This document shows positions 1-12,104 of a stretch of DNA of 44,242 nt, piece by piece. Positions within the stretch are counted from its first letter, which is position 1, and each line of letters opens with the position of its first letter. Below the pieces are notes generated by a model, which worked only from the letters and a program-made list of their open reading frames with translations, was not told the DNA's origin and did not search any database. The stretch comes from Octopus bimaculoides (Eukaryota). A program made the position numbers and the translations under genes. The stretch spans positions 164,870,552 through 164,914,793 of the forward strand of contig NC_068983.1 in the NCBI RefSeq assembly GCF_001194135.2, written 5' to 3'.

Positions 1-738
1 GAGGCTCTAATCTATGCTGCCGAATAATCAATTACATCAAATACAGAATAGACAACACATCAGAAAGTGGTAAGTGCAGAATTTGTGGACAAAATAGTGA
101 AACTGTATGGCATATTACCAGTCAATGTACGCCACTAACCCAGAAGGAATATAAGAGACATCACGACATCATAGCAAAGATTGTCCATTGGACACTCTGC
201 AACAAGTATGGGCTTCACAGACTAAATAATTGCTACGACCATAAACCTAAAGGCATCGTGGTAAATAGAAATGCAAAGATCCTATGGGATTTTATGATTC
301 AGTGCGACCATGAGATAGAGAATAGAAAGCCGGGCATATTACTAATTGAGAAAGAAAGCAAACGATGCTGGATCATAGATATAGCATGCCCGGCTGACAA
401 AAAGGTATGCGATAAGAAAGAAAGAAAAGTCGATAGATATGACAGGTTAGCTTGGGAGGTTAAGCAGCTGTGGTCGATGAAAAAGGTGGTAGTAGTACCA
501 ATAATTGTTGGAGCCCTGGGAACAGTGAGTCAAAATCTCGAGAAGTACGTGGAACAAATAGGGGCTGCAATTATAGTGGAACACTTGCAGAAAACAGCAC
601 TGCTTGGAACCGCTCGAATACTCCGGAAGGTGATCGAAAAATAAGAGGTGTTACCTTAGTTCACTGATAGTGAACAACTGACACAGTAGTACATCTCCAG
701 CGTTAGAAGTTGTGCAAAGGCAATAATAATAATAATAA
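1..738 (+). mobile_element. 3' end of an R4/Dong-type non-LTR retrotransposon (CCHC knuckle plus restriction-like endonuclease), degenerate, with (TAA)n tail
   Basis: The frame from nt 30 reads NYIKYRIDNTSESGKCRICGQNSETVWHITSQC...EYKRHHD...ILWDFMIQCDHEIENRKPGILLIEKESKRCWIIDIACP...VPIIVGALG...LQKTALLGTARILRKVIEK*. This is the C-x2-C..H..C knuckle plus RLE C-terminus typical of the R4 clade. There is a stop and frameshift at nt 25-30 and a (TAA)n tail at 722-738. Confidence 0.9.
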
Positions 739-789
739 TCGTAAAGTATACGGTATATGCGACACATTGGGTGGGGGTAGAAGGTGCAT

Positions 790-881
790 GGCTCAGTGAG
801 TAGACAAAGTTGACCTTGGCGGAATTTGAACTCAGAACGTAACGATGGACGAAATACTGCTAAACATGTTACCTGCTGTCT
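790..881 (-). mobile_element. tRNA-derived SINE family A, 5' head only
   Basis: The reverse complement reads ...gtttagcagtatttcgtccatcgttacgttctGAGTTCAAATTCCgccaaggtcaactttg. It matches the heads of the full copies at 32399 and 34281 and contains a B-box. Confidence 0.7.
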
Positions 882-923
882 TAATAATAATAATAATAAG
901 AAGAAGAATAATAAGAATAAGAA

Positions 924-954
<31 letters not shown>

Positions 955-988
955 AAGAAGAAGAAGAAGAAGAAGAAGAAGAAGAAGA
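882..988. repeat. (TAA)n grading into (GAA)n microsatellite, running into an assembly gap
   Basis: Direct reading. Confidence 0.97.
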
Positions 989-1508
989 NNNNNNNNNNNN
1001 NNNNNNNNNNNNNNNNNNNNNNNNNNNNNNNNNNNNNNNNNNNNNNNNNNNNNNNNNNNNNNNNNNNNNNNNNNNNNNNNNNNNNNNNNNNNNNNNNNNN
1101 NNNNNNNNNNNNNNNNNNNNNNNNNNNNNNNNNNNNNNNNNNNNNNNNNNNNNNNNNNNNNNNNNNNNNNNNNNNNNNNNNNNNNNNNNNNNNNNNNNNN
1201 NNNNNNNNNNNNNNNNNNNNNNNNNNNNNNNNNNNNNNNNNNNNNNNNNNNNNNNNNNNNNNNNNNNNNNNNNNNNNNNNNNNNNNNNNNNNNNNNNNNN
1301 NNNNNNNNNNNNNNNNNNNNNNNNNNNNNNNNNNNNNNNNNNNNNNNNNNNNNNNNNNNNNNNNNNNNNNNNNNNNNNNNNNNNNNNNNNNNNNNNNNNN
1401 NNNNNNNNNNNNNNNNNNNNNNNNNNNNNNNNNNNNNNNNNNNNNNNNNNNNNNNNNNNNNNNNNNNNNNNNNNNNNNNNNNNNNNNNNNNNNNNNNNNN
1501 NNNNNNNN

Positions 1509-1509
<1 letters not shown>
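989..1509. other. Assembly gap. Other N-runs at about 5455-5464, 8194-8582, 10941-11319, 12256-12667, 13953-13962, 14471-14809, 17616-17721, 27135-27162, 27428-27437, 28158-28516 and 40280-40566
   Basis: N runs, nearly all flanked by di-, tri- or tetranucleotide repeats. Confidence 0.98.
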
Positions 1510-1542
<33 letters not shown>

Positions 1543-2513
1543 TAGAAATTAAAAATGCACACTAAAGAATTCAGTATATATTGGTCTATCATAACGGAAA
1601 CCACACCATATAATACACACACTAAAAATTGGAATTTATGCACGAAGGAGGCGATCCATGAACTCTGAGCCAACAAAAATAGCTTACTTGATAAAATATC
1701 TGATGTCATAATTACCTGAGACATAAATATCTTTCAACTTTTAAATTCTTCCCCCAAAATAATTAGCTTGTAGGATTTTAATCTAGTCACCCTCATATTA
1801 TGGACTCGTCTTAAAATACTATTATATATAGCGTCGTAATGTACTTCTAGCTTTTATTCTAATTACATTTGAAAAATGATAAAAATATAATTAAATACTT
1901 TTATTCTAATTATACCATCCGCATGAAAAGTATGGTCCGACTGAGCATTCGTTTCTTAAAAATTCTCAAATCTTTCGTATTTCTTAAAACCGTAACAACT
2001 CTTTGAATCTCTTAACTCTGATGAGAGAAGTATAGATAATTGCTATGGTTGGAGTTAACTCGCCCAAATCAACGTTTATCGTCCCGAAACAACTTCGTAT
2101 TTATTCAGGATTCCTCTTGAAACATTTTATACAAACTTTCTCATCCTCCCTCCTCATGGATTCTAATACGGGCATTCAAATCTCGTAAGTACATCTATGT
2201 ATTTATATTTGTGTTTATATATTTATGAATTTTTATGTTTATAAATTTTTTATATATGTATGCATTTTTATATATTTATAAATCTTAGTATGTTTATGTG
2301 TTTACAAATTCTTGTGAATCTTTATCATTTCTCGTATATGGGTACGCATTTTTGTATATTGTGAAGAATTTCGATAATTTGAAACGGATTGATTGAATAT
2401 ATACCCCGACATCTGAAATTTGCTTCTCTTCTTAATTTCATATTCCTGAAGCTCCATTAGAACGCTAATTATTTGAGCTGTATAAAGTGGATCACTATAC
2501 CATTTACTCCTTC

Positions 2514-2556
<43 letters not shown>

Positions 2557-2789
2557 GTACATACGATTTCCTTAATTTCTACATGTTGTTGGCTAAATTC
2601 GGAATCCATCCGTTGTAGGAATTATTTTGCATGAATTAGAATGAAAGACCCGTATCCATATCCTCAGTGGACATGCAGGGAACTGAAATTGTTGGCTTAC
2701 TGGGAACTTGTAACCAAGCACATTATTATTTACTAAATGCCAGGTATGAAATTTAAAACAATACTGAGACGAGATGTCATGGAATGTAA

Positions 2790-2880
2790 TGCAGCACAAG
2801 ATCCAAATTTTGAACGAAGTGCAAAAGTTTCTACTACCATAACAAATGCTTCTGTGTGTTACCGGGAAATTTATAGAGAG
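2790..2880 (+). mobile_element. pogo/Tigger-like transposase C-terminal fragment
   Basis: Reads AQDPNFERSAKVSTTITNASVCYREIYRE. It is near-identical to the segment at about 3447-3530 inside the TIR-bounded element. Confidence 0.5.
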
Positions 2881-3381
2881 TTTTATCTATTCTTCTCTTC
2901 GTGTTTATTGATTTTAAGTCGTGATAAATAATTGACTAGCGGGTCCCGTGGAAATTCCATCGTGTAAGTCAGAATATTTGAAGAGATTCATAGATTAAAC
3001 ACCAGCAAAGAATTTCAAAACCTTCTTTTGCAACCCTTCCATTTCATCAAAACTGTACTTTCAAACGTAATCCAAATAAACTTAGAAGGTATTGTTTAAC
3101 TACCTTGTTTCAATATTTTTGACAGATATGGTGTGGTTTATAGTTTAGGGAAATAAAAGATGAATTAAAATTATAAAACTTATTTAGATACATATAAAAT
3201 AACAGCCATACTTTTTGCGGTCCAACTACCACCAAAACCTCAGTTCCTGTTATTTACCAACTGAGATTATTTTAATTTCTTCTCATTTCTTTTCATTTTA
3301 TTTCAGTTCAACTACCTCTGTATTTGTATATCGATTAATATAACTCTCTATTTGCTAATGTGGCTGTAAATTCAATATATA

Positions 3382-3918
3382 CAGTAATACTTCACTTTAC
3401 GAAAACCCGCTTTACGAGACGCCAGGTTTACGAGTTTTATTTTTCAAGCACAAGATCCAAAGTTTGAAGTGCAAAAGTTCCTACTACCATAACAAATGTT
3501 TCTAAGTGTTACCGAGAAATTTGTAGAGCAAAAAGAAAAGCTTCTTCTAAGCAAACAACTCTAGACTTTAAAAAAAAAGAAATCTATAAGTCCGTCTATG
3601 AGTGCTTGTGGATCGGTGATCGCGTCTACAAGTGATGGTGTGCAAGAGTCTACTGCGAGTGAAAGTGATTCATAAAACGATTATAATAATAATTTTTTTT
3701 ATATATAAATGATCTTGTCCTTTTTATATTAGATAAAATATTCTTTACATTCTACTGTTGTTCTATTGCCATTTAATTTTTATTGGTAAAATATTTTTCT
3801 GGGAACGAATTACGAATTATAACTTTGTTACTATGGGAAATTATTGCTCTACTTTACGAGTATTCGCTTTACGAACACTTGCCGGGAACAAATAAACTTG
3901 TATACCGAGGCATTACTT
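3382..3918 (+). mobile_element. Degenerate pogo/Tigger-like non-autonomous DNA transposon
   Basis: Left end TA|cagtaatacttcactttac; right end reverse complement TA|aagtaatgcctcggtatac (imperfect TIR). Subterminal tttacga repeats occur at both ends. The internal remnant reads AQDPKFE.SAKVPTTITNVSKCYREICRAKRKASSKQTTLD, resembling a Tigger C-terminus. Confidence 0.65.
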
Positions 3919-4599
3919 TACATATAAATATTTCTCCCTTGACATAAGCGTAACACACGGACAAAACCCACAGAACCTAACAGCGCCCAGATTACAGGGT
4001 GTGATTAGACTATTTTCATCATCTCACCGAGACTACTTACATTTTATCTTTTAATTACACCGGAAAGTTATTGAATATTAAATGACGGTTCAATTATAAA
4101 GGTCTTGGGTACTGTATTTTACATCATTGTCATATATTTCCGCCTCCAACCACGAGCAATGTCATCCATTGAAAAGATATACAGCGGTTACTCTGTTTGT
4201 GTGTGGTGTGTGTGTGTGTGTGTGTGTACAGAGCCTGGAGGAAGAAATTTGGTAAAAGAATCAAGAGATACAGAAGTCAATACCTGAGTACATATAATTT
4301 TTTTTATTTTTAATCTGCAAAAAAAGTGGTCAAATTCACTCTCAAGGCATAAGAAGACCTACAGCTATCGCAGAAGACACTTGCCTAAGCAATTGGTATT
4401 ATTTTGTCTGTGTATTTGTTATTTTGTTTAAAATTCTCTTGTGTAGGGCGTATTTTATACTTGATAGGATCATAAGATGGATTACATGAAGGTTGCGGTT
4501 TTGTTATTTTCATTCGTTTCAATTCTTGTTCTTTTTATAATGACCTGTTATATTCTAATCTTCTTCTTCTTCATCCTCTCGTGCAACTACATCCTCTCC

Positions 4600-4885
4600 G
4601 GCCATGTTCTCACTGAGAGCGATCGAGATGTCTATCATAATACATGCATTTTCATTTCTTTGTTTCACTGAACACTAAGCACTTGTCTTTGATCTCTTTG
4701 TCTTTCCGATCGTGACTGTCATTGTCACTACCTGTTTTCGTGCGTGATCATACAACTTATACTTGAGACTCCATGAGAATGCATCTGCATATTTCCCAAT
4801 AACTATAGCTACCTTGTCATGTCTGTGAATATATTCTCTCTTTGTGATGGCTGCAAGCCGGAAATGGTGTTATTGATTCTGTTTT
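4600..4885 (-). mobile_element. Highly degenerate R4-type non-LTR fragment (knuckle-to-RLE region)
   Basis: With several frameshifts the reverse complement gives ESIT(H)ISG(C)...REYIHRHDKVAIVI(H)WEICR...DKEIK...IMIDISI, collinear with the clearer R4 copies. Confidence 0.5.
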
Positions 4886-5520
4886 TATATTAATTACATA
4901 GTCTATGGTTGATCTTAACATCTTCTTTTCATATTTTATTATAGTCATTTCATTGTTTTTCTTGTGGCTATCTTGCAGAATATTGACCCAACATGTGTTT
5001 CCTTCATTTTTCCTTATTTATTTTTCTCTATTTTTCATTGATTTCTACGATTTGGTGCACTTTTGGTCTATTTCATTTTCTCTTCCTTTTGTATTTATCT
5101 AATAATGTTCTTTCATATACTTAGCTTGTAATTTCTACTTCATTGTTTAATTATAGAGAAAGAATATCAGGTTTTTTTTCTTCATGCTGCCACAGAGCGC
5201 TAATCAATAGAATTGTTTTTGCTTCTCAGTAAGCGTTTACATTCTTGGTGATTCTATTGGAATGGTTTTTGTGTGTGACGAAACTTCATCTCTATTTAAT
5301 TTATATTACGCGTATGTATATGCCCTGCCAACAATTAATACATACATGTGTCTGAAAAAGTTTAACGAAAGCGCTCACACACTAGAAAAAACTTCCTTCC
5401 CCCAAAAAGTTACTAGCATCTTCATTTTCATAACGTCTATTTTTTTAAATATTTNNNNNNNNNNGAAAAATAACCTTTACACTTCATAAACTGTATTAAG
5501 TAATCTTAATAGACTTTCAG

Positions 5521-5562
<42 letters not shown>

Positions 5563-5912
5563 AAACAAGAGAGAATGGAAAATATTTTGATATTATATAT
5601 TCACCATTAGAGGGGTTTCATTTGCAACAGAATTGTACATGAAGTAGAAAACGTGTAACATATCTCCGATTGGAAATTCTCCCGATAGGGAATCAAATAA
5701 TACGAAATTTACGCTTGGACGAAACGTATATGAATAGTTAGTAATGAGGTGTCTTTTAGATAGTGAGAGGCAGCTAGTATTGTAGAACGGAACGAGAGGG
5801 TGAGTGAACACGACGTAGTCAGTGTACACATACACACGCTTATGCATATACACTCACACATCTATATACATATGCATATATACATGCAAATATTCATATA
5901 TACACGTTATAT

Positions 5913-5988
<76 letters not shown>

Positions 5989-7158
5989 TTCTACAAGAGG
6001 ACACATCTTGGATTTTAGCCCTATCTACATGTGTGATTTGGGGAGGGTGTGTGTGTGTGCGCGCGCCTGTGCATGTATGTATTAAACATTTGCAAGAAAA
6101 AATTTGACAGTGACTTCGAAATTTCAAGAACGCTAACCTTCGTCGGACTATCAGATGAAGACGAACGAACTAAATAGTCACTGCCAACATTTCCTTTGTA
6201 AAATGAACTTTAATAAAAAAAAAAGTACTCTGTAATCCTTCGGTGTACTCCTCATTTGAAAAGTCAAATTGTTTCTATATTGAGACAAAACATGAATATA
6301 AATATGTGCGTGGAATATATTTTACGTGTTTGTATGGGTGTGTGTGTGCATACATGCGTGTGACTGTGTGTGCCGGTATACGTGTATATGGCTACGAAAA
6401 GAGAAACAGAAATTCGCGAACAAAAAGGCGAGGTAATTTGAAAGTCAAAATTATAAGTCTGGCGTTTAGAGAAATAAAAAAATATATTGATTGTTAGTGC
6501 GTTTCGGATATTGTTCATCAAAATAGAATGAAGAATGGAATGATAGAGAAAACAAGGAATCCACACACACAAATCTTAAAGGAGCAATTCAATAGAAATT
6601 GAACACTTACAGCTCGTTGATGAGGTATGGGCTCTGACTGACCGGAAGTTGAGTGGTTGACAGAACAGTTTGTTCAGAAAGAGGAGAGTGAATGCGAAAT
6701 GGTAGCCATGTCTGTGTTGATAGAAGTGTGCAGGTGTGTATTCTAGAATGTAAAGGTTGTGGATGAGTGGGTGGTTTTCTTTCCTGTGTGCATGCGGCTT
6801 CTGTGTGTTGCGTGTTTGTGTGTGTGTGTGTGTGTGTATGAATACTAGCGTTTGCGTGTTTGAACATGTTATATATACTTGTTTATACGCAGAAATCTTT
6901 GACTGATATATTGTAATGTATGCGTGTGTGTATATGTCGGTGTGTTCGTGTATAGTTCGTGCGTATGATACAAATGTTATTTGGGTGAATGTGCACGACT
7001 GGTGGAAAAAAATCTTTCAATTATAATAAAAACAATTTTAAATAAGACTCAAGACATACTCAATTTTATAGATTACAAATGTATTGTTCTTCAATAAGAA
7101 CAGTACTGACACTGACTTCGAAACAGCATTCACATAACCTGTCATCAGACTATATATG

Positions 7159-7193
<35 letters not shown>

Positions 7194-7272
7194 TATATAT
7201 ATATAGTTATATATATATATAGTTATATATATATATAGTTATATATGTATGTGTGTGTGTATAGGTATATAC

Positions 7273-7679
7273 TCTTTTACTCTTTTATACGTTTCAGTCA
7301 TTTGACTGCGGCCATGCTGGAGCACCACCTTTAGTCGAAGAAATCGACCCCAAGACTTATTCTATGTAAGCCTAGTACTTACTCTATCGGCCTCTTTTGC
7401 CGACCCGCTAAGTTTCGAGGAAATAAACCCACCAACATCGGTTGTCAAGTGATGACAGGAGCACAAACACAGACAAAAAGACACGCACACACACACCTAT
7501 ATATACATATATATACACGAGATTCTTTGTTTCTGTCTGCCAAATCCTCTCATAAAGCTTTGGTCAGTCCGAGGCTATAGTAAATGACACTTGCCCAAGG
7601 TACCACGCAGTAGGACTGAACCTGGAACCACCATGTGTTTGAGAAAAAAGTTTCTTACCAGACAGCCACGCCTGCGCCT
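7273..7679 (-). mobile_element. tRNA-derived SINE family B, full length, with internal microsatellite
   Basis: The reverse complement starts ggcgcaggcgtggctgtctggtaagaa...ggttccaggttcagtcc (A/B boxes) and ends ...ggtgctccagcatggccgcagtcaaatgactgaaac..taaaagagtaaaaga. It is collinear with 20796-21248. Confidence 0.85.
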
Positions 7680-8163
7680 ATATATATATATATGAGAGAG
7701 AGAGACAGAGAGACGCTTGTTATATAAGTTGTAACAGATAGACGTGTAGGTAGACAGACAGACAATCACTCACAGAGGGATGGATTATTGGGTGGATAGA
7801 TACATGGATTCTTGGCAAACTGATCATTAGAATATAGTTAAAGATGTTGTCAGTTGAACGTTGATTTTCCTTTAACTCAAAAACTGGTTTTGTTTAACCC
7901 AAGGACTGATCTAGACTGAACAAAGTCGATCTATGATCAAACGCATTATAAACATAACACTGCGATCTCTTGCCGACATGATGACTTAGAACAAAGACCT
8001 GCATAAAATCGTATGTTCCTTTCGAATATTGTGCTGACAACCGTGATTTAACAATATCTGCTTCTCCATCAGTCGACCACCGATGGGACGGTTTCAAATG
8101 TCTTTCTTCTCACTCACTCTTTCTTTTTTCTCCCTATCTCTCCCTCTCTCTCTGTAAGTCTGT

Positions 8164-8194
<31 letters not shown>

Positions 8195-9520
8195 NNNNNN
8201 NNNNNNNNNNNNNNNNNNNNNNNNNNNNNNNNNNNNNNNNNNNNNNNNNNNNNNNNNNNNNNNNNNNNNNNNNNNNNNNNNNNNNNNNNNNNNNNNNNNN
8301 NNNNNNNNNNNNNNNNNNNNNNNNNNNNNNNNNNNNNNNNNNNNNNNNNNNNNNNNNNNNNNNNNNNNNNNNNNNNNNNNNNNNNNNNNNNNNNNNNNNN
8401 NNNNNNNNNNNNNNNNNNNNNNNNNNNNNNNNNNNNNNNNNNNNNNNNNNNNNNNNNNNNNNNNNNNNNNNNNNNNNNNNNNNNNNNNNNNNNNNNNNNN
8501 NNNNNNNNNNNNNNNNNNNNNNNNNNNNNNNNNNNNNNNNNNNNNNNNNNNNNNNNNNNNNNNNNNNNNNNNNNNNNNNNNNATATATATATATATATAT
8601 ATATATAGTTCACTCCCATCTGCTGTTGTTACGTGACTGCCCTGTCCTTCTGTCGTTCTCTCACACTTCTCCCCGGAATCTATGGTACTTCTAAATTCTT
8701 CTCTTTAATCATTCCCTTTACAAATGGATCACGGTGCTAGCGGTGAAAAGTGAGTTGAAACAAGACGTTGCTAGGACAACAACGTTTTAGAGGAAGGAGA
8801 AATATGAGGAAGCGGGGAAAGAAGAAAACCACTAACAAAGCTTGAATGAGAAAACCCAAAGAGAAAGATAGATGAGAAAACTGAAAATCTGTACATTGGA
8901 AGTGTTGGAATGTAAAACCAAATGTTGGCATGGCAAAACCATTTGAAAGGCAGAGAAAAACAGTCACAGAGAAGCAGACGAGGAGAGAGGAAGAAAGTGA
9001 AAGGCAGATAGAGAGTGGTGGGTGAGACAGAGACACGCAGCTAAACAGACTGACAGAGAGCATCATATGAAACAACTGCCTCCATTTTCGTTAAAAAAAA
9101 CACGATTAAATCCTTTGTCACTCTCTCTAAAGAGACATCATACAAGGAAGATGTACTTTATTTCTTTGTAAGAAGTTGGAAAAGTTGCTTGTTCCGATAT
9201 TTTTCTACAACAATAGACTCTGGACTTGAGCAACACTCTAACACCTGATTTCGAATAATTGGTTTCATTCAATAAATTCTCCAAGAAATGTGTTTCTATT
9301 TAAGAAATTACAAAGTTATTTTATTAGAGAAAATTTCACAAAAACATTGTTTTGTCATTGATTTTATGAGTGGATTCATTTGTGCGGGCATAATAAATTG
9401 CTTTCTTTCCTTCGATAAATGTAGGATATTAGTCTTAGAGGAATATCAACAAATGAAACACCAATTTAAAATAATATACGTAATAAATAAGGTCTTATTA
9501 ATCAGATCTATGCATATATG

Positions 9521-9522
<2 letters not shown>

Positions 9523-9598
<76 letters not shown>
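9523..9598. repeat. (CA)n microsatellite. Many others occur, e.g. 2516-2556 (TA), 5524-5560 (TG), 5917-5986 (CA/TA), 15370-15452 (TA), 26526-26578 (CA), 29866-29941 (TA)
   Basis: Direct reading. Confidence 0.97.
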
Positions 9599-9605
<7 letters not shown>

Positions 9606-10049
9606 TGCATACATACATATATGAAATGCTCAAAATACGAGACTAGAAAAACAGCAAACAACTGATGAAGGGTCGTTCTTTGTTTTGTTTTCCATTTGTG
9701 TCTTTCGTTGTTCGAAAGAATAGTTCATGTTCCATGTACTCCTGCTTCGTACTTTTTTGTTGTACTCGTTTCGTGACATCCTGTGCCCACATGCATATAC
9801 GTATAGATGTATGTACATATACGTATGTATATATGCATATATATATTATTTATATACACACACACACACACCACGCCACCACACATCACACCACCACCCA
9901 CACACACACACACTAGCACTGACCACTTCCCAGCACTCACATCATTCACATATTGCAGACGCACACACATCAGTCACCAGCCCCTATCCACACGCACACA
10001 TTTACATACTCTCACATACACACACGCGTGCGCCGTTTTCTTTTTGGGA

Positions 10050-10280
10050 TCACCAAGACTTATCGCCTCTTCTTCCTAGCTCTCCTGTCCAATTACCTTT
10101 CTCCAACCAGTCACCATGATTGACCGCTAAGTCCACAAGTTTTTCTCGGGTTCCTTTCTGTTGAAGAGCGTAGGCTCGAAACGTAAAAACCTTTCTCACC
10201 TTACCGAGCGGCAAACTGACACGCCTACTTGTTGTTCATACACCTCTCTCCGTCTTTTGGTTATCTGTAAATTTCATCTA
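10050..10280 (+). mobile_element. Penelope-like pseudo-LTR type repeat with a hammerhead-like motif
   Basis: Contains ttt-CTGTTGA-a-gagc gtag gctc-GAAA-CGTA-aaa at 10155-10190, with the same architecture as 17806-17842. A second copy lies on the minus strand at 17966-18005. Confidence 0.5.
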
Positions 10281-10287
10281 ATATAAA

Positions 10288-10896
10288 CAGGTTGGTGCAA
10301 AGGTAATGGCCGATTTTTTAGAAAACGGTTTGAGATAGTAATTTTGTTTCTGAATTGTGCCTCTTGCAATGTTTTAAGCATGTCATAATGAGTAATTTAT
10401 AAATTTTTCTTTGAGATTTTGATCGTATTGGCCATAATTTTCTGCAATATTTGCTCCCATGCACGTCCCATCTAAAGATCACATTAGACATGTCTTACTC
10501 TGAGTTTCAAAAAGGTGCCAATGCAAGCACAGCAGCAAAGTCTCTAAAGAGAGTTTATAAGGTTGATTATATGAGTTAACGAAGTTGCAGGAGATGGCTT
10601 TCTCGCTTTAGAATTAGGAATATGAGTTTTGAAAGACGAGTCAAAAGAAGGTCGTTCAAAGAAACTTCATTCCGAAGAGTTGGAAGCTGTCATCACAGAA
10701 AATCAAACCGCTGCTTGTAGAGAACTTGCAGAACAGTTTAAGGTTGAAAAATGGGTCCTCACGAACTGTCCCCAGAAAATCTGCAACAGCGTGTTGCTTG
10801 TTGTCAGTCATTGCTTTCACGACACCTTAAGGAACCATTTTTATAAAAGCTTGTTACAGGTGATGCGAAGTGCTTCCTTTAACGTTAAACACCACC

Positions 10897-10898
<2 letters not shown>
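10288..10898 (+). mobile_element. mariner element, 5' half (TIR plus transposase pseudogene)
   Basis: The TIR-like caggttggtgcaaaggtaatggccgatttt resembles the Hsmar1-type TIR. From ATG 10459 the remnant reads MHVPSKDHIRHVLL*EFQKGANASTAAK...CRRWLSRFR...LKDESKEGRSKK...ELAEQF...KWV(P)HEL...LVTGDAK, i.e. the WVPHEL motif and the first catalytic D, with stops and frameshifts. Confidence 0.85.
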
Positions 10899-10940
<42 letters not shown>

Positions 10941-11343
10941 NNNNNNNNNNNNNNNNNNNNNNNNNNNNNNNNNNNNNNNNNNNNNNNNNNNNNNNNNNNN
11001 NNNNNNNNNNNNNNNNNNNNNNNNNNNNNNNNNNNNNNNNNNNNNNNNNNNNNNNNNNNNNNNNNNNNNNNNNNNNNNNNNNNNNNNNNNNNNNNNNNNN
11101 NNNNNNNNNNNNNNNNNNNNNNNNNNNNNNNNNNNNNNNNNNNNNNNNNNNNNNNNNNNNNNNNNNNNNNNNNNNNNNNNNNNNNNNNNNNNNNNNNNNN
11201 NNNNNNNNNNNNNNNNNNNNNNNNNNNNNNNNNNNNNNNNNNNNNNNNNNNNNNNNNNNNNNNNNNNNNNNNNNNNNNNNNNNNNNNNNNNNNNNNNNNN
11301 NNNNNNNNNNNNNNNNNNTATATATATACACGCACACACACAT

Positions 11344-11384
<41 letters not shown>

Positions 11385-12066
11385 ATATATATATGATGGA
11401 CTCTCTCGTCGAAAACGACGTTATAATGTTCAGTTTTTTAGGGGGTAGGGGGTTTGAACGACCTGTACAAATGATTTGTTTATAGTGGTTAACTCACCGC
11501 AGATGTTAGTCGAAATGAATAGCGAAGCCAGAAGATAAATTAAAAAAGAGAAATGTTCCAAGAAAGAAAACAGCCAAGAAGAAAGGGGTGATGAGGTGGG
11601 AATCGAGTAGAGTTGATAGGAATAAAGAAAAAGGGAAGGGAAAGAAAGTGGAGGGGAGATAAGAGCAGATAGTTGCTACCGTTAAGGGGAAAAAATAGTT
11701 GTCATAAATATTTAACTGAGATGGGTAAAGATAAAGACTAGCCTACCACTAGGTATTGATTTCTTAGCAGATACATATGTCGCCTGCGTTTTATTCATTC
11801 TACTCTCTCAATTTGGAATTTTATTCGCTTTTGTAGCAACTCTAGTTTCTATAACCGTGAGATATACAGAAACATTCAGCTTATTGAATTTCTTCGTAAC
11901 TTCGATACGGGGAAAAACTGTAACTTTCGATGCCAATATATAGTTATTATTCTAGATCGGACACCGTCCATTTTTTGTTCTCTATACCTGCCACGGAATG
12001 CTTCAAATTTACAAACTTCCTACTCTTCTGTTATATGCAACAGAAGCTGCATATATGCATATACAA

Positions 12067-12100
<34 letters not shown>

Positions 12101-12104
<4 letters not shown>

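Noticed and set aside
1540-1724. Hydrophobic minus-strand peptide MSQVIMTSDILSSKLF...LVCIF as a membrane-protein exon
   Set aside because: The hydrophobicity is expected from T-rich DNA. It has no recognisable family or splice context and runs into a TA repeat.
9663-9720. CTGATGA...CGAAA as another hammerhead
   Set aside because: No stem II, stem I or NUH could be formed around it.
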